This document shows positions 37,437 through 47,877 of a stretch of 64,000 nucleotides of DNA, in pieces. The notes beneath the pieces were generated by a model. It did not search any database. It saw nothing but the letters and a program-made list of their open reading frames with translations, and had not been told where the DNA came from. The stretch comes from TPA_inf: Saccharomyces (lineage: Eukaryota): positions 544,001-608,000 of the forward strand of contig BK006941.2 in the NCBI GenBank assembly GCA_000146045.2, read 5' to 3'. The stretch's first letter is position 1; each line of letters starts with the position of its first letter. Made by a program: the position numbers and the translations under genes.

Positions 37437-38989
37437 ATTTAATTTCTTGTATATATGTGATTATTTCCTATTTTTTATGACTTACGCTAGCAAGAAATAA
37501 TGATATACTTAGCATAAATATGACTGCGCTGCAAGATTGCTCTTCTTTTATATGTTGTCCACCCCATTCTAGATGGTTAGAAGGATCCACTATGCTCCCC
37601 TCATTCGCCCCTACTATGGAAGAAGAAGAGAAGGACAAAAGACGTATTTCGTTACAAGTCAAGAAGTCCGAGGAGTACAAGAGCCAAAATCAGAGCCAGA
37701 GCCAGAGCCAGATCAAGGAAAGTAACCTATAATTCCCCGCGTTAACAGTCCAGTCCCTCTTATTGAAAGCTTCGTCATCCTGAAAATCCTTCAACCCAGA
37801 CCGACTGTTGAAAAGCCCTTTTGTGTCACAAATCCGTAACCATATTACCCTACTAACATCCGGAAATAATTGCCGCTCACTTTAGGGAAGGTCTCTAAAG
37901 GGTAATAATCGAGTTGATGAAAAAGCCGCTACCCCTATTTGAAAAATAATGAATAATGGCTTTCTGGCATGAATAGATTTAATACAATGCTGACCTTGAA
38001 AATGTGAAAAAAGAAAAAAATTAATATAAAAAAGAAAAAAAGTAGAAAAAGAAAGCTATCTTTTTTGGTCTATTCAACCAGATAGTGTGCATTTATTATA
38101 TTGTCCCCCCATATTATTCATCAAGAAAATTACAAAAGAGTAATGCCATTTTTCTTCTTTTTTTTCTTCTTCTTGGCTGTACAGATCTTTTTCCATAAAA
38201 TGATTGATCTAGCGATTATTGTTTCTTAATATTTTTCCTGTCCTGCAATTGTTCTCGAGGATTGCTATATTTCTCAAAGATATTTTCAGGAAATGTGCGT
38301 GCGATGTGAGTTTTTCATTGAGGGTATTTAGAAAAATAACCGCCAACGGTGAGAACATAAAAATCTTAGCTGGAAAAGAACTGCCAAAGATACTATTACC
38401 TAGAGGGTTCGTAAATACGGTTTGTGGAACCAGGGCGATGCAACTAAAAAACATATAAATTGGAAATTACGAGACTTTCGGCACAAGAAGCGCTAATATC
38501 CTACTTAAGTGGTTGAATTCTTGTATGATTAAAAAAAAAAAAAAAAACACCTGTCTTATTTTCAATTTTATGGTACTGACTTTGAGGGTACGTGAATCAT
38601 CGAAGGAAACATAATTGCACTGATATGTAAACTTCCTAGTTTCAAATGTTTTCTCGGAATACCAAATAACCTCTAGCCATAAGTTTATTTTCAAACTTTT
38701 TCCTCTTAGGTGATAAGGGAGATTAGAAAAAAAGAAATATTTATTATTGAAATAACTGTCCAAAGAAGCAAAGTGAATATAGAAGAAAAAATGCGAGTAC
38801 TTACGATTTTTTATTTAGCTAAGTAACCAACGTGGTGCCATATTCACGACATAGCAAGTGTCCATAGTTGCATGCGTTTTCTTTAATATCATTGTGTTTT
38901 ATTTTTATTACTTTAAGAAAAAATACAGTAGCTTTCATGCCTGCACAAATTTAACAAGAGTTTCATGGGGTACATTTTTAATGCCTCAA

Positions 38990-39892
38990 CTATTTGGTAT
39001 TGTTCAAAATTTTCTTCAAACGCTTGTTAAATCTTGAATCAGCGTTGTTATGCACCATGGCCACATGTCTCTTATAGGCGTCTTTGCGCCTAAACGTTTT
39101 CTGACAGATAGGAAATGGGCAATTCAGTCCTGGATATTTTTCTACTTTTAGATTTAATGATTTCTCCATCTCTATATCAAGCTCTCCTATATGTTGGGAA
39201 GCACAATGTCTTCTCAGACCAGTTGCTTGTTGGAAACCCAATATTTTCCAGGGACATTGCTCTATGGGACACTTACACGGTCTTTCAAGGTTGAATTCGT
39301 CTAAGTGCGCGGCAAACTCAACTAACGTTGCGAACTTTTCAGAACAATGAGAACAGTGGTAACTTCCTCTTTTTGTTTGCCCTTCGGAAATTGTGCTGAG
39401 TACTTTGGGGTCGTGATATAGCTGTGCCACGTGCGATTTTTGGGGATAGCCTAGAATACACTGTGAATGGGATTGTTCTGTTGTATTGCTCTCAATAAAT
39501 ACAGGATTTGCTCCTTTTTGACGTCCATAATTAATAAGATCTCTGAACTCCGGATCAACTAATGACGTGATACAGTGTGTACTGTCCGCTATTTCATCCG
39601 GCCGTAATTGAGGTGCTGTACCTTCCTCAGTAGACGACGTAGAGTCATAAGCCTGTCTCTGATTTCCGGCTATAACTGTGATTGTGTTTTCTAATGATAG
39701 TAGTAAACAGTCCTCAGTGCTGGAAGGCAGGCTGGAAGGCAGGCTGGAATCCCCCTCTAAGGGTGATGCCGAATATTCTTTCATGTTTTGCCCGAAATCG
39801 TGCCAATGATAAATCGGTTGCACCTCTTGTAAAACCTCTCTGTTCCAAGACCCCTTGGCGATGGCACTGTTTTGTCCATAACACGGTGACAT
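38990..39892 (-). CDS. RME1: C2H2 zinc-finger transcription factor, regulator of meiosis (300 aa from second ATG; the ORF extends 6 codons further to an ATG at 39910)
   Basis: C-terminal C2H2 fingers (CSHCSEKFATLVEFAAHL..., CKCPIEQCPWKILGFQQATGLRRHCASQH, CPFPICQKTFRRKDAYKRHVAMVH). The 300-aa Rme1 size corresponds to initiation at the MSPCYGQ methionine. Confidence 0.7.
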   Translation of the reverse strand: MSPCYGQNSAIAKGSWNREVLQEVQPIYHWHDFGQNMKEYSASPLEGDSSLPSSLPSSTEDCLLLSLENTITVIAGNQRQAYDSTSSTEEGTAPQLRPDEIADSTHCITSLVDPEFRDLINYGRQKGANPVFIESNTTEQSHSQCILGYPQKSHVAQLYHDPKVLSTISEGQTKRGSYHCSHCSEKFATLVEFAAHLDEFNLERPCKCPIEQCPWKILGFQQATGLRRHCASQHIGELDIEMEKSLNLKVEKYPGLNCPFPICQKTFRRKDAYKRHVAMVHNNADSRFNKRLKKILNNTK

Positions 39893-40278
39893 AAGTGCTG
39901 AAAATCCCAACTTCTAGTAAAGAATTAACAAATTCAACTGTATGACTTATAGGATAAGAACAATGTCAGTTCCAATGCGTTGACACAGTAGAAAATATAT
40001 TTACTAAGAAGCAGCTTCGTCGTTGGTATAGTTTCGGTTGATCTAGATATAAATATAACTACAAATAAATGGCAGGAAAAATTGAAGCAAATGACACAGG
40101 ACATATCTATCACATTGCTCCCTTTAATTTCCTCGAAGGCACTCTGGCCTTTGTTCTCTGCATAAGAAAAAGCCAGCAGAAAATACGGTGATATATTTAA
40201 TACATGCCCGGCCACTTTTCTGCTGGTAAAGCCCACCGGAAAAGTTCGGATTTTCTTATCCAGTATACGCCGACCTTT

Positions 40279-40298
40279 TGATGTAATCTGTGACATCT
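40279..40298 (-). promoter_or_regulatory. Candidate a1-alpha2 (haploid-specific gene) operator upstream of RME1
   Basis: The minus strand reads AGATGTCACAGATTACATCA. Its right half-site TACATCA is perfect and its left half carries ATGT, against the consensus TCRTGTNNWNANNTACATCA. It lies about 390 bp upstream of the RME1 ATG and inside the dubious ORF 39934..40296. Confidence 0.35.
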
Positions 40299-40894
40299 CA
40301 CTCCGGCGGCCATTTTACGTGACGAAGCATCCCTTACAACAGAAAGAAGAAAAAAGATATGCCGCTTTGCGGTTTCTTTCTGGCAATGTATGCACTCATA
40401 ATGCTACTCGTTTACCCACTATCCCTGTCCAAACTAAAGAGGGAGGAAAGCACTTTTTGCATTTACACATCGTAGATTATAAAATGATCGTTAACAGGCG
40501 CTTGTGATTTTGAATTTAAGAAATGTGGACTAGAGAAGTCTTAAATCGCCAATGCTGTACCAGACTCTCTATAGCATCTAAACACGAAATTCAACTGTTA
40601 TCTTAGTTTTTCACTTACCAGTAGCGCGCTTGTTATTCCCACGTTATTATTTGCCCCCACATCATAGGTCAAGTGACCTTCTCTTACCCGACATGAATAA
40701 AGAAAAGAAAAGAAATCATACCCTTCAGCCTGTTTAGCCATAAATAGTAAAGAGTAGATGTTTCGACGGACTAAATAATGTGAAAAAGGTTCTAAAACCT
40801 TCAAAACAATTAAACTTGAGAAACGTTGCTATAGGATTGAGCTAATAATTTGAATTAATAGGAGCTGCTTTTTACTTTGATATATCCTGAAGTT

Positions 40895-42052
40895 ATGTTA
40901 CGAGTTTCTGAAAATGGTCTACGGTTTCTGCTGAAATGCCATTCAACGAACGTAAGCATGTTTAATAGGCTTCTGAGTACTCAAATAAAGGAGGGGAGAA
41001 GTTCCATAGATGATGCTGGCATTATCCCCGATGGAACTATTAACGAAAGGCCGAATCACTACATCGAGGGAATTACTAAAGGCAGTGATCTGGACCTCTT
41101 GGAAAAAGGTATAAGAAAAACTGACGAAATGACTTCCAATTTTACAAATTATATGTACAAGTTTCACAGATTGCCCCCCAACTATGGAAGTAACCAGCTC
41201 ATTACTATCGATAAGGAACTTCAAAAGGAACTGGATGGGGTAATGTCATCCTTCAAAGCTCCGTGCCGGTTTGTATTTGGTTACGGCTCAGGAGTTTTCG
41301 AACAAGCGGGATATTCCAAAAGTCATAGCAAACCTCAAATCGATATAATCTTGGGCGTCACATATCCATCACATTTTCACTCTATTAATATGAGGCAGAA
41401 TCCGCAACATTATTCAAGTTTGAAATACTTCGGTTCCGAGTTCGTGTCTAAATTTCAACAGATCGGCGCAGGCGTATATTTTAATCCATTTGCAAATATA
41501 AATGGACACGACGTAAAATATGGGGTGGTTTCTATGGAAACACTTTTAAAGGACATAGCTACTTGGAATACATTCTATTTAGCAGGACGACTACAAAAGC
41601 CTGTAAAAATATTGAAGAATGATTTGAGAGTGCAATATTGGAACCAATTAAACTTAAAAGCTGCAGCTACTTTGGCCAAACATTACACCTTAGAGAAAAA
41701 TAACAATAAGTTTGACGAATTCCAATTTTACAAGGAGATCACTGCCTTAAGTTATGCAGGTGATATTAGATACAAACTGGGTGGAGAAAATCCCGACAAA
41801 GTTAACAACATTGTTACCAAAAACTTTGAAAGATTTCAAGAGTATTACAAGCCGATTTACAAAGAAGTGGTCCTAAATGATTCATTTTATCTTCCAAAAG
41901 GGTTCACATTAAAGAATACTCAGAGACTTTTGCTCAGCCGTATTAGTAAATCAAGTGCATTACAAACTATTAAAGGTGTTTTCACAGCTGGAATCACAAA
42001 GTCAATTAAGTATGCTTGGGCCAAAAAACTAAAATCGATGAGGAGAAGCTAG
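40895..42052 (+). CDS. TAM41: Mitochondrial CDP-diacylglycerol synthase (385 aa from second ATG; the ORF opens 6 codons earlier at 40877)
   Basis: Complete ORF of the Tam41/MMP37 family with an N-terminal mitochondrial presequence (MLRVSENGLRFLLKCHSTNVSMFNRLLS...). Size and position match YGR046W. Confidence 0.7.
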   Translation: MLRVSENGLRFLLKCHSTNVSMFNRLLSTQIKEGRSSIDDAGIIPDGTINERPNHYIEGITKGSDLDLLEKGIRKTDEMTSNFTNYMYKFHRLPPNYGSNQLITIDKELQKELDGVMSSFKAPCRFVFGYGSGVFEQAGYSKSHSKPQIDIILGVTYPSHFHSINMRQNPQHYSSLKYFGSEFVSKFQQIGAGVYFNPFANINGHDVKYGVVSMETLLKDIATWNTFYLAGRLQKPVKILKNDLRVQYWNQLNLKAAATLAKHYTLEKNNNKFDEFQFYKEITALSYAGDIRYKLGGENPDKVNNIVTKNFERFQEYYKPIYKEVVLNDSFYLPKGFTLKNTQRLLLSRISKSSALQTIKGVFTAGITKSIKYAWAKKLKSMRRS

Positions 42053-42391
42053 TGTATCCAATGTTATCTACACATTATCTTTTATCAAAAATGTTTTATC
42101 GTCCTTTCATCTCTTTCGAAGAATCGCTCTATTCACATTCCAAATCTCTGGCGTCGGTCAATATTTATTCATCTTTATTTTTACCTTCTTCTAGATAATA
42201 TACATTATCCCATATTGGCATTCAAACTGACTTACTTGCATTATGGAAGGGGGATCATACGTTCCAGTATATGCAATGGATGTCGTACTTACGAACACAT
42301 TGTAGCATTTGAAGGGGTATTTCTATATATTTCTATTATTAAGGGTTATATTACAATTATACTTTATAGTTTAAAATATTTAAACAAGTTC

Positions 42392-45300
42392 TCAAATACT
42401 TAAATACTTCTCCATGAGGTGGTCGGCCAACTCAACATTTCCGCTTTGCTGATATATTATAATACTGTTATAGGCAGCATGTTTTTTCAACTTTCCATCA
42501 TCGTAGTTTTCTAGAACTCTATTATAGTACTCAATTGCAATCGATACCAGACCGATTAAATGGAAAGCACGCCCTAAGTTGTAGTCTGCCTCTTGCTTTT
42601 CCAAATCCGTATATAGGCTTTTCCTTATTTTATGATAACGATATAGATAACGTAATCCATGAAAAATTTGAAAATGCCTTTGTGCTGTTAGTCTCTGCAT
42701 AGCACGATGAATATGTGACAGACCCATTAAAAGATTGACCATCGGGTCATCTGGGATATCCTCTTCCAACCTAGTTAAATACTGTAGGGCTGAAAGAAAG
42801 CCCCTACTGGAATAGAGAAGAACAGCATAGATATAGTACAAATATGGCGACGACTTTTTATTAGGGTTGTACACCTCTTTGTTCGTAATTGAAGCTTGCC
42901 CATTTACCTCGGTATTATATCTACAACTGTCAAAAGCTTTCAGTTGTCTTAAGAAAAATTTTTGTTGAATGGTAGAGCTCAAAATATTCAGAGAAGAGGG
43001 TCCTCGACATAGGGAATACATAAATACCTGCAAAACTTTTCTATTAAATTGAAATTGATTTAGTAAACCTCTTAAATTTTCGGCCAATTCCTCTTCATCA
43101 TCCATTTGAAGAACAATAGCTAGTTTCACAAATTTCATCATCTTAACCCTCTCTGGATCCTGGAAGAACACGTTTACTTCCTGGGCTGTTTCCACAACAC
43201 TCAGGCCGTCTTCAACACTTTGATATTTTGCGATTACTAAAGAAAGTTCCATAAATAACTCAAACCACTGCTCATACGACAATCCTCTCAATTCTGTGGC
43301 AGAAGTTAAGGTTACTCTTTCCTCCATTAGCGGCCCTTCAAACACACTATCTCCTTCAGCTAACTTAGATAACCTTTCAATTTGGAAATCAAGCTCGGTG
43401 TTAAACTTTTTAGTTCTCCTTAGTATTCCAACGAATTTCCTGGATCGACTTTTCATAAAAAAGTTCTTAACGCTCGAAAATATATCAACTAATTCAGAAA
43501 CTGTATTGATCCATATAGATGCCTGTTTGGCTTCATTGAGACCTGAATTTAGTTCAAATTTTTTCATCTTTTCGTATTTATCAACGACTTTTGCCGTTAT
43601 TCTTCTTTCCCTTTCTATTCTCTCTCTTTCTGCATCATAAGGTGTACGTTTCTTTTTCCTGAAAGTTCTAAATTTACTATCCTCCAGCAGCGGTTTACTA
43701 GAAATATCCGAAGTATCGTTAGAACTTTTCTCGTTAGAAATCCTGTGCAGTGTTTCATCAACCTGGTGTTTCCTCATTTCTACAACGTCAACTAACATAT
43801 GTTTAAAAGTCTCTGGATCATTTAAGCGATAGTAAACTTCTGCCAAAGATACACGAATATCTAAATCATCTGGTTCAGATTTTATAGCTAGTTCATAAAA
43901 CTCTTTAGCCGTTTCATAACTTTCGATTTCCTTGTAGCATCTTGCTAGTGGTTTGAAGACGTCAGTGGTACGCCATTCCTCAAGGGATAACAACGGCGTA
44001 AAGAAATCGATAGCCTCTTTATACTTTTCAGCCCTTGTTAAAGCAGTTGCAGCCTCAAAATATAAATCCGCAACGTCACTGAAAGTCTCATCATACAGGC
44101 ATTGAAAATGATTCAGAGCTTCAACAAGGTTATCTGTGTTCAATCTTAACAATCCCAATCTAACTCTAATATCGATTGGAATGTTATACGATTTTTCCTT
44201 TTCTGCGGCAAGTAGTGAATCAAAGGTACTGTTTTTAAACCTTCTATTGTCAAATTCTGAATCATCTGGAACATGATCCCAAAATGTCTGGCTTTCGCGG
44301 CGTTGAATCCACCGTGCACATTTTTTAATTGTCTTTATACCATCGACCTCACTAACTGCGAGTTTTAAGAAAAGTTCCGCGAGAATGTTCAAAGAAGACC
44401 AGTCAAATGGTATGCATTTATATTTTGCATCAATTTTTTTCCAGTTGATGTCAGGAAACATCTGCCTATCTTCATCTTGTTCAAGGGGTTCCTTTTCGTC
44501 TGCATCCTCCCCTTCTGCGGCGCTTTCTTCGTCTGAAGAATCTAAGGCATTTTCTAAAGCAGCTAATATCGCTTCCCTTCTCTCAACATTAGCATTAAAC
44601 ACTTTCATATAGAGCTCAATTGAATCTTCAATCCGATCATAATCAACATAAAGAATGGCCAACTCCCTCAATATGTTTGCATCATAAGGATTGTACATGT
44701 AAAGCCTTTGAAATCCATCTAAAGCTCTTGCTAACTGTCCTGTCTTCTTGTACAACATAGACCGGCGATAAATTGATTCCCATTCCATAGGATTCAAACT
44801 TATTACCCTGGAAAAGCAGTAGATGGCCTGCCTAACATGATCTAAATCGGCGGACAGTATAGCGACTATCTTCCAGAATTCCCAATCGGAAGCATTTAGG
44901 TGAGCTGCCAGGAACCAAGAGTTACAACAATCATTAAGCCTTCCTTGCAATTGATATATATCTCCTAGGGTCTCGTAAGCAGCAAAATTACGTGCATCTT
45001 TTTTAATTACCTCATTAAATAATCTTTCGGCCACTTGTAAATCATTCCTGACAAAAGCTTCATTGGCTTGAGAAAGTAATTGCGCTACCTCTGGATCAAG
45101 CACTCTTTCTTTTCTTTGGCGGCCGTAAGATTTACCTTTGTCATTTTTCTTCTTCTTTTTTACCTTAAAGTTACTTGCTTCCCTAATCGCGTTCATGAAA
45201 TCTTCCTCATCGTCTTCAGATATTTCACCGTAGTCCGAGAATTCTGCCAACAAAGAACTGTCTCGTTCGGAATTATATTCATCTTCGCTTAATTGTAGAT

Positions 45301-45469
45301 CATGAGGTACATCCTCGTCATCATATTCCTCATCTTGAATCAAATGCTTATAGTCATCAATATTTCCGTATAGATGCTCTTCATCCTCATCGTTAACTTT
45401 ACCCGTATCAGCGCTTTCTCGTTCAGCTGATTGATTTTGCTGTTCCTTTTTCAATTTTCCTGCTGCCAT
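42392..45469 (-). CDS. TFC4: RNA polymerase III transcription factor TFIIIC subunit tau131 (TPR-repeat protein, 1025 aa)
   Basis: Begins MAAGKLKKEQQNQSAERESADTG... with an acidic N-terminus followed by multiple TPR-like repeats over about 1000 aa. Size and position match YGR047C. Confidence 0.8.
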   Translation of the reverse strand: MAAGKLKKEQQNQSAERESADTGKVNDEDEEHLYGNIDDYKHLIQDEEYDDEDVPHDLQLSEDEYNSERDSSLLAEFSDYGEISEDDEEDFMNAIREASNFKVKKKKKNDKGKSYGRQRKERVLDPEVAQLLSQANEAFVRNDLQVAERLFNEVIKKDARNFAAYETLGDIYQLQGRLNDCCNSWFLAAHLNASDWEFWKIVAILSADLDHVRQAIYCFSRVISLNPMEWESIYRRSMLYKKTGQLARALDGFQRLYMYNPYDANILRELAILYVDYDRIEDSIELYMKVFNANVERREAILAALENALDSSDEESAAEGEDADEKEPLEQDEDRQMFPDINWKKIDAKYKCIPFDWSSLNILAELFLKLAVSEVDGIKTIKKCARWIQRRESQTFWDHVPDDSEFDNRRFKNSTFDSLLAAEKEKSYNIPIDIRVRLGLLRLNTDNLVEALNHFQCLYDETFSDVADLYFEAATALTRAEKYKEAIDFFTPLLSLEEWRTTDVFKPLARCYKEIESYETAKEFYELAIKSEPDDLDIRVSLAEVYYRLNDPETFKHMLVDVVEMRKHQVDETLHRISNEKSSNDTSDISSKPLLEDSKFRTFRKKKRTPYDAERERIERERRITAKVVDKYEKMKKFELNSGLNEAKQASIWINTVSELVDIFSSVKNFFMKSRSRKFVGILRRTKKFNTELDFQIERLSKLAEGDSVFEGPLMEERVTLTSATELRGLSYEQWFELFMELSLVIAKYQSVEDGLSVVETAQEVNVFFQDPERVKMMKFVKLAIVLQMDDEEELAENLRGLLNQFQFNRKVLQVFMYSLCRGPSSLNILSSTIQQKFFLRQLKAFDSCRYNTEVNGQASITNKEVYNPNKKSSPYLYYIYAVLLYSSRGFLSALQYLTRLEEDIPDDPMVNLLMGLSHIHRAMQRLTAQRHFQIFHGLRYLYRYHKIRKSLYTDLEKQEADYNLGRAFHLIGLVSIAIEYYNRVLENYDDGKLKKHAAYNSIIIYQQSGNVELADHLMEKYLSI

Positions 45470-45825
45470 CACAGATACACTTGAGGGTTTCTTTCTCTAG
45501 CTTCAGATTCATTGTTGACTGGTGTTATTATACACAGTGCGCTGCCATTATTATCGTTCTTCTATTTCTAGCCGAAGCGCCTTAAAAAAAAAAAGTGTCC
45601 ACTTTGGGAAACTCGCCTTTACGACGAAAAAGTCAAACTTGCGTTCTACGAAAGAGAAGAATTCCTTTTTTGGGTTAGGTGGCGAAAAATAAAGGTAGTT
45701 AAAAGTAATCCTGGCTGGTCTATGTGAATAGGGAAGAGATAATGATGTAGTTTTCAATAGATAGTAACACATACCATAGCAAGGGAGGAAAAAATATCAA
45801 AGTGATACTGTAAAATATAATAAAA

Positions 45826-46911
45826 ATGTTTTCTGGCTTTAGTTCTTTTGGCGGCGGAAATGGTTTTGTAAATATGCCTCAAACGTTTGAGGAGTTCTTT
45901 AGATGCTACCCTATAGCTATGATGAATGATAGAATACGGAAGGATGACGCAAACTTCGGCGGGAAAATATTCCTGCCACCAAGTGCTCTAAGCAAACTAT
46001 CCATGTTGAACATAAGATACCCCATGCTTTTTAAACTAACTGCCAATGAAACTGGACGTGTGACACATGGAGGTGTTTTAGAATTTATTGCTGAAGAGGG
46101 CAGAGTTTACTTACCACAATGGATGATGGAAACTTTGGGTATACAGCCAGGATCTCTACTGCAAATTTCATCTACTGATGTACCTCTGGGCCAGTTTGTG
46201 AAGTTAGAACCTCAGTCTGTAGATTTCTTGGATATTTCCGACCCCAAAGCAGTTTTGGAAAACGTACTGAGGAATTTCTCGACTTTGACCGTGGACGATG
46301 TTATTGAGATTAGTTACAATGGTAAAACTTTCAAAATTAAGATCTTAGAAGTCAAACCAGAATCATCATCGAAGAGTATATGTGTCATTGAAACAGATTT
46401 AGTAACAGATTTTGCTCCACCTGTAGGATATGTGGAACCGGATTACAAAGCGCTGAAAGCTCAGCAAGATAAAGAAAAAAAGAATTCTTTTGGTAAGGGC
46501 CAAGTTTTGGATCCCTCGGTGCTTGGCCAGGGATCGATGTCCACAAGAATCGACTATGCGGGTATCGCTAACAGTAGCAGAAACAAACTATCTAAATTTG
46601 TAGGTCAGGGACAAAACATATCTGGTAAAGCTCCGAAAGCGGAGCCCAAGCAAGATATAAAAGATATGAAGATAACGTTTGATGGCGAGCCCGCCAAGCT
46701 AGATCTGCCTGAAGGCCAATTATTCTTTGGTTTCCCAATGGTCCTACCGAAAGAAGACGAAGAAAGTGCCGCTGGTAGCAAATCCAGTGAACAAAATTTC
46801 CAAGGCCAAGGGATCTCACTAAGGAAGAGCAATAAGAGAAAAACGAAAAGTGACCATGATTCGTCCAAGTCCAAGGCTCCCAAAAGCCCGGAAGTAATCG
46901 AAATTGACTAA
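45826..46911 (+). CDS. UFD1: Ubiquitin fusion degradation protein 1, Cdc48 cofactor (361 aa)
   Basis: The N-terminal UFD1 domain MFSGFSSFGGGNGFVNMPQTFEEFFRCYPIAMMNDRIRKDDANFGGKIFLPPSALSKLSMLNIRYPMLFKLT... is highly conserved. Length 361 aa. Confidence 0.85.
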   Translation: MFSGFSSFGGGNGFVNMPQTFEEFFRCYPIAMMNDRIRKDDANFGGKIFLPPSALSKLSMLNIRYPMLFKLTANETGRVTHGGVLEFIAEEGRVYLPQWMMETLGIQPGSLLQISSTDVPLGQFVKLEPQSVDFLDISDPKAVLENVLRNFSTLTVDDVIEISYNGKTFKIKILEVKPESSSKSICVIETDLVTDFAPPVGYVEPDYKALKAQQDKEKKNSFGKGQVLDPSVLGQGSMSTRIDYAGIANSSRNKLSKFVGQGQNISGKAPKAEPKQDIKDMKITFDGEPAKLDLPEGQLFFGFPMVLPKEDEESAAGSKSSEQNFQGQGISLRKSNKRKTKSDHDSSKSKAPKSPEVIEID

Positions 46912-47313
46912 AAGATATATACTAGTATACAACAATATAGTGTCTTTGACAGATATATAGAGCATTTTCAAGTTAACAGATCTTAGAATCCAAGTATCTT
47001 ATGCATCGCATTAGCTCTGCTGCATTTGCTGTTCGTTTAGTAAAAATAATTACGTGCGCGGTTGCGCGATATTTCCCTTGCTTAATGCCGAAGTAATTCT
47101 CTTCGTTTACCCATACTCGAATCTATTGTGTTGTTGAAAAATAAAAAAAAAAAGAACCAGGTTATATAATTGTGAGTTGATCAGTATATAAATGAGAGAA
47201 AAGAAGTTTCTATTGTTCCAAATTATATCCAAGCTGATTTTTTAACCCTTACCTCACGAAAAGCAAGTTTAAGACAAACACTCATAAGAATCCTTACATA
47301 TACTAAAAAACAA

Positions 47314-47877
47314 ATGCAAGTCTCCCCAGCTATTGTAAAAGGTATCGCAGTCTCATCATTAGGTTTATACGCCGGTATTTTAACTTCATCTACCGTGATT
47401 TCTATTACCACCCCAATAAATGTTCTAACTCAACATTTGAAGAATGTTTTGTGCACATTAGGATGCTGGAGCACCGTTTTAGGTGGTTTAGCTACTGGTG
47501 CCTTTGGACTCAGCTACTATCTAGCTGCACCAGGAGAAAGACCAAACTACCTTTTGTGCGGACTTGGTGTCGCCCCATTATCTGCAGCCTACCTATACTT
47601 AGTATCACTGTTCAATCACAAGCTAGCCCCAAAATGCACACGTGACCAAAATGATTTAGAAAAGCAAAAGGATGAAAAATTACCCCAACATCACCCGGAA
47701 GTCAAAGATGGGGAAGCTGCATGCCCATTCTCAAAGATGAACAACGCCAAAACATTAAAACCTGAATCCGAAAGAAGCGTAAAATGTCACTCATACATGT
47801 CATTGCACATGAGCATTGTAACCGGTATAACAATTTTTACCTTTGGTAAGTGTATCCTAGATGGATTCAAAGCATGA
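47314..47877 (+). CDS. SCM4: Small mitochondrial outer-membrane-type protein with multiple hydrophobic segments (187 aa)
   Basis: Complete 187-aa ORF with three predicted transmembrane stretches. Size and position match YGR049W. Confidence 0.6.
   Translation: MQVSPAIVKGIAVSSLGLYAGILTSSTVISITTPINVLTQHLKNVLCTLGCWSTVLGGLATGAFGLSYYLAAPGERPNYLLCGLGVAPLSAAYLYLVSLFNHKLAPKCTRDQNDLEKQKDEKLPQHHPEVKDGEAACPFSKMNNAKTLKPESERSVKCHSYMSLHMSIVTGITIFTFGKCILDGFKA

Noticed and set aside
37468-37680. Minus-strand 70-aa ORF and other <100-aa ORFs at the gene ends of NQM1, TFC4, RSC1 and eIF2A
   Set aside because: They overlap the termini of confident genes on the opposite strand, or lie within them. They have no supporting features.
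39934-40296. 120-aa minus-strand ORF upstream of RME1 (YGR045C-type)
   Set aside because: It covers the RME1 promoter, including the a1-alpha2 operator-like site. It is more plausibly regulatory DNA.
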